In this document: in pieces, positions 1 through 8,962 of the stretch | How the letters are laid out: each line of letters begins with the position of its first letter | Numbering within the stretch: the stretch's first letter is position 1 | From: Marinobacterium rhizophilum | Lineage (GTDB): Bacteria > Pseudomonadota > Gammaproteobacteria > Pseudomonadales > Balneatricaceae | Direction: 5' to 3' | Assembly (NCBI RefSeq): GCF_024397915.1 | Contig: NZ_CP073347.1 | Location: 2,820,058 to 2,860,057 of the forward strand | Length of the DNA: 40,000 nucleotides | Notes under the pieces: generated by a model | Told to the model about the DNA's origin: nothing | The model's database searches: none | What the model saw: only the letters and a program-made list of their open reading frames with translations | Made by a program: the position numbers and the translations under genes

Positions 1-30
1 GGGCGCCGTGTAACCCACCAGATGCTTCCC

Positions 31-142
31 GCACGTCCACCGCTCATGCACATCCCTGTATCCGCGGTATTAATGCATCCATGCACGTCCACCGCTCCTG
101 CACATCCCTGTGCTCGCGGTATTAGTGCATCCATGCACGTCA
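31..142. repeat. 52-bp tandem repeat: 2 full units (31-82, 83-134) plus a 7-nt partial unit, running into the stop codon of the ThDP-enzyme gene
   Basis: GCACGTCCACCGCTC recurs at 31, 83 and 135, giving a period of 52. The two full units differ at about 5 positions. The third start reads GCACG-TCA, and that TCA (140-142) is the TGA stop of the minus-strand gene. The array may continue left of the window. Confidence 0.85.
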
Positions 143-1783
143 ATACAGCTTCTTCTGTGGGGGGCCGGCGAAGTTGAGCGGGCCGACCCGGTGCATGTCG
201 ACTTCGATCACCGCCGGGCCCTCGATGGCGATGGCGTCCCGGATGGCGGAATCAAACTCTTCGACCGAGCCCACCTGCCAGCTCGGCATGCCCATTGCGG
301 TGCCGACATCCCGGTAGTTGGGGGTATGCAGTTCGTTGTAGTACTGCCGACCGTCGAAGTAGTTGTTCTGGATGCCGCGCATTACACCGTAGCCGCTGTC
401 GTTCATGACGATCAGCACCAGGTCGGTGTTTTCCTGCACCATGGTGGCCATTTCGCCGATGCCGAGCATCAGGCCGCCGTCACCCACCAGACCCACGACC
501 TTGCGGGTCGGGTTGGCAATGGCGCTGCCGATGGCGTGGGCCAGGCCCAGGCCGATGGCACCGGCCAGTGAGTGGATATTGCGGTTGGCCCCGTTAACCT
601 CGAATAGGCGGCTGCCCCAGGTGCTGCCGGACATGGTGATGTCCCGCACCAGGATGCCATCCTCGGGCAGAGCGTCACGCAGTGCGTTGCAGATACCGGC
701 ATAGTTGCCCACCTGGTCGCTCAGGGCCGCCACCGACTGCTCAACCACAGTCGCAATGGCGCGGTCATAGTCCGCATCGACCTTTTCAGCCTCGCCCAGG
801 GCATCGGCCAGGTACGCCAGCGCGACTTTGGCATCGGCGCAGATAAAACGGTCAGCACGGTAGTTGCGGTTCTGCGCCGCCGCGAAGGCATCAATCTGTA
901 CCAGCGGCTTGCCGAACTCCAGCGAGTAGGTCAGGGTCTCGTTGCTGCGCAGGCGCGAGCCCGCCACGATCACCAGGTCGCTGTCCTTGCACAGGTCCTT
1001 GAAGGACGCGCTGTTGTGAAAGGCCCGCAGGCTGCGCGGATGACTGTCCGGCAGGATGCCGCGACCGTGAGTGCTGGACACCACCGGCACCCCCTTGTCG
1101 GCCAGCGCCTTTACTTGCGCTTCACAGCCGGCGGCACCGCCACCGATCCACAGCAGCGGGCGTCTGGCGCTTTTCAGCTGCGCCGCCAGGCTTTCCAGCT
1201 CGGCGGATGCCGGCACCGGCAGCACGGCGGGCTCGATGGGGCCCAGATCCAGCGGCAGTTCGATGGTTGCGGCCTGTACATCGATGGGGATCTCGATGCT
1301 GACCGGGCCCATGGGGACGCTGCGGGCGACACGGATGGCTTCACGCACAATGCCGGCGGCACTTTCCGGATGGCTGATGCGGTACGCCGCCTTGCTGCTG
1401 GCCTTGAGGAAGGTCAGTTGGTCCCTGGCTTCATGGATAAAGCTGGCATCGCGGTCCAGGTATTCGCGCTCCACCTGGCCGGTAATATGCAGCACCGGGC
1501 TCGCGGCATTGCCAGCCTCAATCAGGGAGCCAATGGCATTGCCGGCGCCGGCGCCGGTGCTGGTCAGGGCCACGCCCAGACCTGCAAAGCGGGCATGGGC
1601 ATCGGCCATGGTGACGCAGCCGGCTTCGCCGCGGGCCGGCACAAAGGCGATCTCGCCGCGACGGCCAATGGCATCGGCCACCGGCAGGTTATGGATGGAA
1701 ATCACGCCGTAGACGTTGGCAACGCCATGGGCTTCTAGAATGCGGGCGACGACTTCGCCGACGGTAACTTGTTCAGACATCAT
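140..1783 (-). CDS. Thiamine-diphosphate-dependent enzyme (acetolactate synthase large subunit / benzoylformate decarboxylase family)
   Basis: The ORF is 549 aa. The N-terminal Pyr domain reads GVANVYGVISIHNLPVADA. The C-terminal PP domain has the ThDP motif GDGGLMLGIGEMATMVQENTDLVLIVMNDSGYG. The track ORF starts at GTG 1789; ATG codons at 1783 and 1780 follow an AGGTGA Shine-Dalgarno, so the exact start is uncertain by 1-3 codons. Confidence 0.88.
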   Translation of the reverse strand: MMSEQVTVGEVVARILEAHGVANVYGVISIHNLPVADAIGRRGEIAFVPARGEAGCVTMADAHARFAGLGVALTSTGAGAGNAIGSLIEAGNAASPVLHITGQVEREYLDRDASFIHEARDQLTFLKASSKAAYRISHPESAAGIVREAIRVARSVPMGPVSIEIPIDVQAATIELPLDLGPIEPAVLPVPASAELESLAAQLKSARRPLLWIGGGAAGCEAQVKALADKGVPVVSSTHGRGILPDSHPRSLRAFHNSASFKDLCKDSDLVIVAGSRLRSNETLTYSLEFGKPLVQIDAFAAAQNRNYRADRFICADAKVALAYLADALGEAEKVDADYDRAIATVVEQSVAALSDQVGNYAGICNALRDALPEDGILVRDITMSGSTWGSRLFEVNGANRNIHSLAGAIGLGLAHAIGSAIANPTRKVVGLVGDGGLMLGIGEMATMVQENTDLVLIVMNDSGYGVMRGIQNNYFDGRQYYNELHTPNYRDVGTAMGMPSWQVGSVEEFDSAIRDAIAIEGPAVIEVDMHRVGPLNFAGPPQKKLY

Positions 1784-1876
1784 ATTCACCTGTTCTTGTT
1801 CGTAGGAGCTGCGCCTCGCAGCGAATGCTCCCGTGCCAAATTTGTTCGCCGCGGGGGCGCGGCTCCTACGGAAATA

Positions 1877-3343
1877 TTATTCGGCCCAGGGGTTCGGCGT
1901 GTCGCTCAGCCCCAGATAGACGCTCTTCTGTTGCATGTACTCGAGCACGCCCAGGCGTCCCTTTTCGCGACCCAGACCGCTCTCCTTGAAGCCGCCAAAG
2001 GGCGCCGATATGGAGAATTTCTTGTAGGTGTTGATCCAGATGGTGCCGGCCTCCAGCTGGCGACCGATGCGCCAGGCACGGCGGAAATCCTCGCTCCAGA
2101 TGCCGGCCGCAAGACCGAAGACGCTGTTGTTGGCGCGGGCCAGCAGGTCAGCCTCGTCATCGAACTTCAGCACCACCAGCACCGGCCCGAATATCTCTTG
2201 CTGACAGACGCTGGCCCCGTTATCCAGCCCGGCAATGATGGTTGGCGGGTAGTAGCTGCCCTGGGCCATGTGCCCCTCGGCCAGGCGGGTACCGCCACAG
2301 AGGATTTCGCCGCCCTCGGCGCGGGCCTGGTCGACAAAACCGGCCACCGACGCCAGGTGCGCCTCGCTGATCAGCGGTCCCATATGGGTGCCGGGCTCCT
2401 CCGGATGACCGACCCGCAAGTTGGCGGTCAATTCCAGCAGGCGGCCCATGAAGCGGTCATACACCTTGGCATGCACAAACAGGCGCGAGCCGGCGATGCA
2501 GGCCTGGCCCGAGGAGCTGAAGATGCCGTAAACGACACCCCTGGCCGCCAGCTCGATATCCGCATCCTCGAACACGATGGTGGGTGACTTGCCACCCAGT
2601 TCCAGCGACGTCGGAATCAGCTTTTCAGCGGCGACATGGGCCAGGTGGCGCCCGGTGCCGGTGCCGCCGGTAAAGGAGATCTTGCGCACCAGCGGGTGGG
2701 CCGCCAGGGCCTCACCCACCACCGAACCCCGGCCCGGCAGTACACTGAGCAACCCCTTCGGCAGGCCGGCTTCCTCGAACAGTTCGGCCAGAGCCAGCGC
2801 CGCCAGGGGCGTGGCATCGGCGGGCTTGACGATCACCGCATTGCCTGCCGCCAGTGCCGGGGCGATTTTCTGCATTTCGCTGGCAATGGGCGAATTCCAG
2901 GGCGTGATAGCGGCAATAACGCCCAGCGGCTCATGCACGCTCAGGGTCATGAACTCGCTCGAGCGCTGCGCCGGCAGCTGCTCATCCAGGGTTTCGCAGG
3001 CGGCGGCAAAATAGCGCGCAGTAGCCGCGGCACTCATGACCAGGCCGCGGGTTTCGGCCAGTGGCTTGCCGTTGTCCCGGGTCTGCATGGAGGCCAGTTC
3101 ATCGACACGCTGGCTGATCAGGTCCGCCACGCGGTACAGCACCGCCGCCCGCTCGTGGGGCATGCGGTTGCGCCACTGCGGTTCGCGCCAGGCACGTTCC
3201 GCCGCCTGTACGGCCTCTTCCACATCCTCTGCACTGGCCGTGGCGATTTCGGCATTCAGGCTGCCATCGGCCGGAAAATAGGTCGCGCGCACCGGGCCGC
3301 CCCCCTGCTTCCACTGGCCGGCAATAAAGATAGGTTTGGTCAT
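1877..3343 (-). CDS. NAD(P)+-dependent aldehyde dehydrogenase
   Basis: ALDH family motifs are present: ELGGKSP and the catalytic-Cys region FSSSGQACIAGSR. I placed the start at internal ATG 3343 (MTKPIFIAGQW) because GAGGAGA lies 6 nt upstream. The 20 extra N-terminal codons of the track ORF have no RBS. Confidence 0.92.
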   Translation of the reverse strand: MTKPIFIAGQWKQGGGPVRATYFPADGSLNAEIATASAEDVEEAVQAAERAWREPQWRNRMPHERAAVLYRVADLISQRVDELASMQTRDNGKPLAETRGLVMSAAATARYFAAACETLDEQLPAQRSSEFMTLSVHEPLGVIAAITPWNSPIASEMQKIAPALAAGNAVIVKPADATPLAALALAELFEEAGLPKGLLSVLPGRGSVVGEALAAHPLVRKISFTGGTGTGRHLAHVAAEKLIPTSLELGGKSPTIVFEDADIELAARGVVYGIFSSSGQACIAGSRLFVHAKVYDRFMGRLLELTANLRVGHPEEPGTHMGPLISEAHLASVAGFVDQARAEGGEILCGGTRLAEGHMAQGSYYPPTIIAGLDNGASVCQQEIFGPVLVVLKFDDEADLLARANNSVFGLAAGIWSEDFRRAWRIGRQLEAGTIWINTYKKFSISAPFGGFKESGLGREKGRLGVLEYMQQKSVYLGLSDTPNPWAE

Positions 3344-3369
3344 GATTATTCTCCTCGAAGCCCAAGGCT

Positions 3370-4161
3370 TCAGATCAACAGGGACGCGGTGCTGTGCCGG
3401 CACGCCCGGACAACGCTCAGCGCCGCCAGGGTCGACGTCTTGGGATTGCTCGGCAGCGGCAGGCCGCTCAGCTCGAGCTTCATTTCACCGAAACGGCCGC
3501 GGGCGCAGATCAGGTGCTGGTTGCGCTCGATTCCGGGGTCCGCCATCAGCTCGACCCGGGTATCGTCCATGCCGACACCGGCCAGGGCGATGGTCGCCGC
3601 CACATTGGCATTGGCCGGGAACCGCAATGCCGCCTCCCGGGCCGTGCCGCGATAAAACACCGTGGCTTCGGTAATGCTGTCCAGGTCGATCAGGGTTTCG
3701 GCCGGGCTGCCTTTCCAGCTTTTCGGGCTCTTGCGCGCGCAGTACACCACCTCATCCAGCCCCCCTTCTTTCGCCGCCGCCAGGCCATCGATACCGGCGA
3801 TGGCACCGGCCAGCGCATGGATGCGGGCCCGGCCCGCCACCGCCGCGCTCTGCAGCCGGTCCAGCAGCGCATTGTCGGCAAAGGCACCGACCGAAATCAC
3901 GCCCAGGTCCCAGCCCCGTGCCAGCACTGCCTCGCCGTGCTGACGAATTGCGCCCTGGCCGGCACATTCAACCACCAGGTCCGGCGTGCCGTTGCAGGCT
4001 TCGATATCACTGATCACCTGGACACCGGCGGCCACCTGGCCGCGCGCCGCCGCAACGCTAGTTACCGGTACCAGCAGCCACTGCAGGCTGAGGTCTTCGG
4101 GCAGCAGGGCGAGCACTTCGCGGGCCATGGCGCCAAAACCGATCATCATTAACTGTTTCAT
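3370..4161 (-). CDS. Aspartate dehydrogenase domain protein (NadX-like)
   Basis: The protein is about 263 aa. It has an N-terminal Rossmann segment MMIGFGAMAREV, and the C-terminal part (ANANVAATIALAGVG...NPKTSTLAALSV) is typical of L-aspartate dehydrogenase. The start is ATG 4161, preceded by GAGGAAA. Confidence 0.8.
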   Translation of the reverse strand: MKQLMMIGFGAMAREVLALLPEDLSLQWLLVPVTSVAAARGQVAAGVQVISDIEACNGTPDLVVECAGQGAIRQHGEAVLARGWDLGVISVGAFADNALLDRLQSAAVAGRARIHALAGAIAGIDGLAAAKEGGLDEVVYCARKSPKSWKGSPAETLIDLDSITEATVFYRGTAREAALRFPANANVAATIALAGVGMDDTRVELMADPGIERNQHLICARGRFGEMKLELSGLPLPSNPKTSTLAALSVVRACRHSTASLLI

Positions 4162-4172
4162 GCAGGCTTTCC

Positions 4173-4967
4173 TCAAAGATGCCGGTTAAAGCCGCCGGAC
4201 ACATCCAGTGCCGCGCCGGTGGTGAAAGACGCCAGGGGCGATGCCAGGAACACCAGCGCACGGGCCGGCTCCTCGGGCTTGCCCAGGCGGCCCAACGGGA
4301 TGCCGCGCTTGGCGGCGATGGCGGCGATCCAGCTGTCCCAGTCCATGCTCTTGTCGCTGCGATCTTCGAAGCGACGGCGCCACTGGCCGGATTCCACCAT
4401 GCCCAGCAGGATGGAATTGACGCGGATGCCCCTGGCGGCAAATTCGTGGGACAGCGAGTGGCTCAGGTTCAGCAGGCCCGCCCGTGCCGCCGAGGTGGCG
4501 ATCATGTGGGGTTCGGGCTGCAACGCCAGCAACGAGTTGACGTTGGTAATGGAGGCGCAGTCCGAGGCTTCCAGCATGGGCTGGAAAGCCCTTACCGGGT
4601 TGATCACGCTGAACAGTTTCAGTTCAGCCTCGGCCAGCCAGTCCTCATCCGCCGTTTCGGCGAACGAACTGACACGGCCCTGGCCGGCATTGTTGATCAG
4701 GCAGTCGACGCCACCGAAAGCCTCCCGGACCTGGGCGGCAAAGGCCTCAACCTGGCCGCGGTCCAGCACATCGCAGCACAGCGACAGCATTTGACCCGCC
4801 GGAAAGGCTTCACGCATCAGGCGCTCGGACTCGGCCAGGCGCGCGGGATTGCGGCCGCACCAGGCGACTTTTGCACCTTCTGCCAGCAGCAGACGCACGG
4901 TTTCCAGACCGATGCCGGAGGAACCCCCGGTCACCACGGCAACCCTGGCTGTCAGGTTAAAGCTCAT
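4173..4967 (-). CDS. Short-chain dehydrogenase/reductase family protein, atypical active site
   Basis: It has TGGSSGIG, NNAG and the NVNS serine. The position 13 residues after that serine reads TSAAR instead of the canonical YxxxK. Confidence 0.85.
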   Translation of the reverse strand: MSFNLTARVAVVTGGSSGIGLETVRLLLAEGAKVAWCGRNPARLAESERLMREAFPAGQMLSLCCDVLDRGQVEAFAAQVREAFGGVDCLINNAGQGRVSSFAETADEDWLAEAELKLFSVINPVRAFQPMLEASDCASITNVNSLLALQPEPHMIATSAARAGLLNLSHSLSHEFAARGIRVNSILLGMVESGQWRRRFEDRSDKSMDWDSWIAAIAAKRGIPLGRLGKPEEPARALVFLASPLASFTTGAALDVSGGFNRHL

Positions 4968-5830
4968 TGTTCGCCTCCAGTAATAACGGCCGGGCCCTGT
5001 AGCAGGACCTGTGCATAATCGTCGATGGCGGCGGCGAAGGCCGCCGGCGCATCGATATAGCTGGCGTGCCCGGCACCGGACAGCGCCACGTAGCGCGCCG
5101 CACCACAGTGCTGCGCCAGCGCCATTGCAGACTCAGGCGGCGTAATGCGGTCTTCATCACCACAGAGCACCCAAACGCTGCCCCGATAATCCGGCAGGTA
5201 ACGCCCGATATCATCGTGGGCCAGCAGCCAGGACGCGGCGCTGAAACCGGCCAGGCCCAGGCGTCGCATGCCATCGGCCACCAACGCCACCTTGTCGTCA
5301 CTGGCATCCGCCGCCAGCAGTGCCGGCGCGCGCTCCCGCGCCAGCCCCTCGGGCCCGAGCGCCTCAAGCAGGGCCGGGCGCTTGCGAAACACATCCTGCT
5401 GCGTGGCCGCGTCCGCCTGACCGTAGCCTTGAGCCGGATCCGCCAGCACCAGGCCCGCCAGGCGCTCGCCGTGCAGGCTGGCAAAGGCCGCTGCCTGCAG
5501 GGCGCCAAGGGAATGTCCCACCAGCAGCGGGCTTTGCAGCTCCAGCGCCTGTACCAATTCCAGCAGCGCCGCCGCATAGTCCAGCGCCGTCGGGGTATCG
5601 GTATCCAGCGCATCGCTGCCGCCGTAGCCCGGCGCATCCCAGGCGATCACACGAAAGCGGTCGCTCAGGGCCTCGAGCTGGCAGACCCAGGAGCCGGAGC
5701 CGGAACTGATACCATGCAACAACAGCAGCACCGGGCCTTCCCCCGCCTCGCGATACGCCAGGCGACGGCCATTGAGCTGCAGCGTTTGCAGCGGGAACTG
5801 GCTCAGCTTGTCGGTCAGAACGGACGCCAT
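4964..5830 (-). CDS. Alpha/beta-fold hydrolase (meta-cleavage-product hydrolase-like)
   Basis: It has HGISSGSGSW (oxyanion region) and the GHSLGA nucleophile elbow. The start is taken at ATG 5830 (MASVLTDKL), 5 nt after the cupin stop. Its 3' end overlaps the SDR start by 4 nt. Confidence 0.85.
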   Translation of the reverse strand: MASVLTDKLSQFPLQTLQLNGRRLAYREAGEGPVLLLLHGISSGSGSWVCQLEALSDRFRVIAWDAPGYGGSDALDTDTPTALDYAAALLELVQALELQSPLLVGHSLGALQAAAFASLHGERLAGLVLADPAQGYGQADAATQQDVFRKRPALLEALGPEGLARERAPALLAADASDDKVALVADGMRRLGLAGFSAASWLLAHDDIGRYLPDYRGSVWVLCGDEDRITPPESAMALAQHCGAARYVALSGAGHASYIDAPAAFAAAIDDYAQVLLQGPAVITGGEQ

Positions 5831-5835
5831 CCTCT

Positions 5836-6357
5836 TCAGCCCCGCTTGATCTGCGACAGCGGGTGATCCTCGGGGTAGGTCGGGATCTGCGGCCTGGGCG
5901 TACCCAGCATCACGCACATCAGCGCATCTTCCTGCCCCGGGTTGAACAGGCCACGGTAGATGCCGGGCGGGATCGAGATCAGGTCGCGCTCGCGCAGGGT
6001 CGTCTCGAAACGCTCGCCGTTGTGCTCGACAAAGAGGTTGATGGTGCCGCGCAGCATGAAGAACACTTCCTCGACATCGTCATGCACATGCAGCGGGCCT
6101 TCGCACTGGGCCGGCAGCATCATGGTCGAAAAGGTGAAGTGCTCGGCCTGTACGGTATTGTTGTCCGCCCCCACGCCGGTAGCACCGGTTCCCATGTAGC
6201 GCATTTGCGCACGGCGGTACTTGGGGTCGTAGTCGGCCTGGAATTTCAGGGCGTCGAAATCGTAGGTGCGATCCTCAAAGCGGGCAATGCGACCACCGAG
6301 CCAATCACCCAGGGACTTGTCTTCCGGCTTTACCCAACCTTCGAACTTAAGCGTCAT
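5836..6357 (-). CDS. Cupin-domain protein
   Basis: The cupin metal motif PLHVHDDVEEVFFMLRG is followed by the second motif IPPGIYRG. The start is ATG 6357 (MTLKFEGW), preceded by GAGAGGA. Confidence 0.8.
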   Translation of the reverse strand: MTLKFEGWVKPEDKSLGDWLGGRIARFEDRTYDFDALKFQADYDPKYRRAQMRYMGTGATGVGADNNTVQAEHFTFSTMMLPAQCEGPLHVHDDVEEVFFMLRGTINLFVEHNGERFETTLRERDLISIPPGIYRGLFNPGQEDALMCVMLGTPRPQIPTYPEDHPLSQIKRG

Positions 6358-6436
6358 TTTCGTATCCTCTCGCTTATTTAAGGCAGCAGTAACCCCTGCC
6401 TGCCCGGTACCGGGCAGGCGAAACAGCATGCGGGGT

Positions 6437-7693
6437 TCAGTATTTTTTCAGTAGCGGCAGTAGCACCAAGGAACCGATCACGGCAATGATCACCAGGAAC
6501 ATGATGCCATTGTCGAAGTTGCCGCTGCTGGTGACGATATAACCCATGATCACGGGTGCGGCGGCACCGGCAAAGTTGCCGAAACCGTTGAACACGCCAC
6601 CGGCCGTGGCGCTGACATTATCCGGGCTGACCCGGCTCAGCAGGGCGAACACCGATGCCACCCCAAAACCCCAGCTCATGGCACTGACCGACATGGCCAG
6701 GATCGCCAGCAGCGGATCATTGATCTGCGGTACGGCGGCCATCGCCAGGCCCGCCAGCAGCAGCCCGCCGAACACCTGGGCGGCGCGCTTGCCGGTCTTG
6801 TCCGACAGAAAGGCTCCAGCGACTTCCCCAATCAGCATGGCCACAAAAGGCAGTGACGACAGGGTGCCAAACTCCTTCAGGTTGATGCCCTTGGCTTCGA
6901 TCAGGTAGCTCGGCAGCCAGCCATTGAGGCCCCAGAGGTAGGTCAGCAGTGCGGTGTTGAACAGGCACACCGCCCAGAAGGCCGGAGCGCTGAACAGCAG
7001 GCGGCAGTTGGCCAGATGCTCCGACATACCCAGCCGGCGCTTGCCGGCATTGAGCTGGGCGCCGGTCTTGAGCTGCACATTGCGCAGACCCGAGATCACC
7101 ACCATGACCACCACCAGGGTAAAGGCCGCCATGACAAAGAAGGTACTCTGCCAGCCATGATTGGCCAGTACGTAGGCGGTCACCGGAAAGCCGATCGCGG
7201 CACCCACCGGTGTTCCGAGCAGGAACATGGTGCTGGCACGGGCAATCTGATGGGGCTGGTAGCATTGCTTGACGATGGTATAGGCCAGGGCGAACAGCGG
7301 GCCTTCGGCAATGCCCAGCAGCACGCGCAGGAACAGCATCTCGGCGTAGCTGTCGGCAAAACCCATGGCGGCCATCAGCAGGCCCCACATCAGGATGCAG
7401 GCCACCAGGCATTTCTTGGGGTTGATCAGATCTCCCAGAAAACTCAGGAAGATCGACGAAAAGCCGTAGGCCAGCAGGAAGCTGGTCATCAGCCAGCCCA
7501 GCAGCGTCTTGTCGCTGCCAATCCCCATGGCATTCTGGAAGGCGGTATCGGAAAACAGCACGGCAATACTGATCTTGTCAAAAAAGGCCAGTACCACACA
7601 GAGCATCAGAATGGCGGAAATGGACCACAGACGGACGCTGGAGTTCGGTACTGCCAGGGGCTCCGCCGCCATGTCACCTTTAAGCGTTTGCAT
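6437..7693 (-). CDS. MFS transporter
   Basis: The protein is 418 aa and highly hydrophobic, with about 12 predicted TM segments in a two-halves architecture separated by a central loop (LKTGAQLNAGKRRLGMSEH). Confidence 0.85.
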   Translation of the reverse strand: MQTLKGDMAAEPLAVPNSSVRLWSISAILMLCVVLAFFDKISIAVLFSDTAFQNAMGIGSDKTLLGWLMTSFLLAYGFSSIFLSFLGDLINPKKCLVACILMWGLLMAAMGFADSYAEMLFLRVLLGIAEGPLFALAYTIVKQCYQPHQIARASTMFLLGTPVGAAIGFPVTAYVLANHGWQSTFFVMAAFTLVVVMVVISGLRNVQLKTGAQLNAGKRRLGMSEHLANCRLLFSAPAFWAVCLFNTALLTYLWGLNGWLPSYLIEAKGINLKEFGTLSSLPFVAMLIGEVAGAFLSDKTGKRAAQVFGGLLLAGLAMAAVPQINDPLLAILAMSVSAMSWGFGVASVFALLSRVSPDNVSATAGGVFNGFGNFAGAAAPVIMGYIVTSSGNFDNGIMFLVIIAVIGSLVLLPLLKKY

Positions 7694-7737
7694 ATTTTTC
7701 TACCCGTTTATTCTTGTGGGGTGCGCTAGCCGGCCTT

Positions 7738-8958
7738 TCAGGGCTTAAGCTGCATCAGATTTTGTGCGGGATCTGCCAGAATCTCAGCGGGCAGCTGCAT
7801 CCTGGCCTTGATCCAGCGCTTGCCCAGCTTTATCAGTTTGGCATCGTTCACCGCGATCATCGACTCGAGCCGGTTGTCGGCACCCAGCCGGATAAAAGAG
7901 ACCTTGCCGTCACCGCAGTCGCGGCGGATCTCGGTGCCCTCGCCGTTGCCGGGCGCGCCCAGGATCTGGATATTGCAGTGGTACTGATCCGACCAGAGCC
8001 AGGGCACATCGGCATAGGGCGTTTCCTGACCCAGCAGGGAGAGCGCCGCCGAAATCGCCTGGTTCTGGGCATTGGCCCAGGACTGGATGCAGTAACCCAG
8101 CTCAGGGTGGATGGCGACATCGCCGGCGGCATAGATATCGGGGTCCGAAGTCTTGCCGCAGGCATCGACCACCAGCCCGGAGGTGGTATCCAGGCCCGCT
8201 TCGCGACCGAGTTCCGAGGCAATTTCCGCCCCGGCCCCAACCACTACCGCATCGAACCGGCCCGCGGCAATCCCGTCCAGAGACAGCTGCACCGCACCCT
8301 GTTCGGTGCCGGCCAGGTCGATGGCGCCGCAGCTCAGGCGAACATCGACACCCTGGTCACTGTGCAGCTGATGCAGGAAATCCGACACATCCGGCACGAC
8401 GCTGCGGGCACACAGACGCTCGCCCAGCTCGAACACCGTCACATCCAGGCCCTGCTTGCGGGCCGTGGCGGCCACTTCGAGACCGATCCAGCCGCCGCCG
8501 ATGATCGCCAGTCGACGCCCCGGCAGCAGCGTTTCGCCCAGGCGCTTGGCGTCGGCAAGGGTGCGCACCGTGTGGACGCCGTCGATCTCGCTCCAGGCCC
8601 TGACCGGCACCCGGGCACGGCTGCCGGTGGTGAGCATCAGCTTGTCGTAACCCAGCACCTTGCCACTGGCCAGGCGTACTTCCCGGCGCACCCGGTCGAT
8701 GGCCACCGCCGTATCCGGCTTGTGCCACTCGATGTTCATCGCCTCGATGACCTCGGAGGGAAACAGCTGAGTGGCGGCGGCATCCATTTCGCCGGCCAGC
8801 ACCTGCTTGGACAGCGGCGGACGCTCGTAAAACACCTGATCTTCGTTGGAGACCAGGGCCAGCTCGCCCTCGAAGCCGTTCTGGCGCAGGGTATGGGCCG
8901 CCCAGGCGCCGGCCTGGCCGGCACCGATAATCAGAATGCGGGAAATGCGGTTAGTCAT
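7738..8958 (-). CDS. FAD-dependent ferredoxin-NAD(P)+ reductase (glutathione-reductase-type oxygenase component)
   Basis: The N-terminal FAD fold is ILIIGAGQAGAWAA and a second dinucleotide fold is LAIIGGGWIGLEVA, with GD at AAGDVA. This is typical of the reductase in three-component Rieske/P450 systems. Confidence 0.88.
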   Translation of the reverse strand: MTNRISRILIIGAGQAGAWAAHTLRQNGFEGELALVSNEDQVFYERPPLSKQVLAGEMDAAATQLFPSEVIEAMNIEWHKPDTAVAIDRVRREVRLASGKVLGYDKLMLTTGSRARVPVRAWSEIDGVHTVRTLADAKRLGETLLPGRRLAIIGGGWIGLEVAATARKQGLDVTVFELGERLCARSVVPDVSDFLHQLHSDQGVDVRLSCGAIDLAGTEQGAVQLSLDGIAAGRFDAVVVGAGAEIASELGREAGLDTTSGLVVDACGKTSDPDIYAAGDVAIHPELGYCIQSWANAQNQAISAALSLLGQETPYADVPWLWSDQYHCNIQILGAPGNGEGTEIRRDCGDGKVSFIRLGADNRLESMIAVNDAKLIKLGKRWIKARMQLPAEILADPAQNLMQLKP

Positions 8959-8962
8959 GAGG

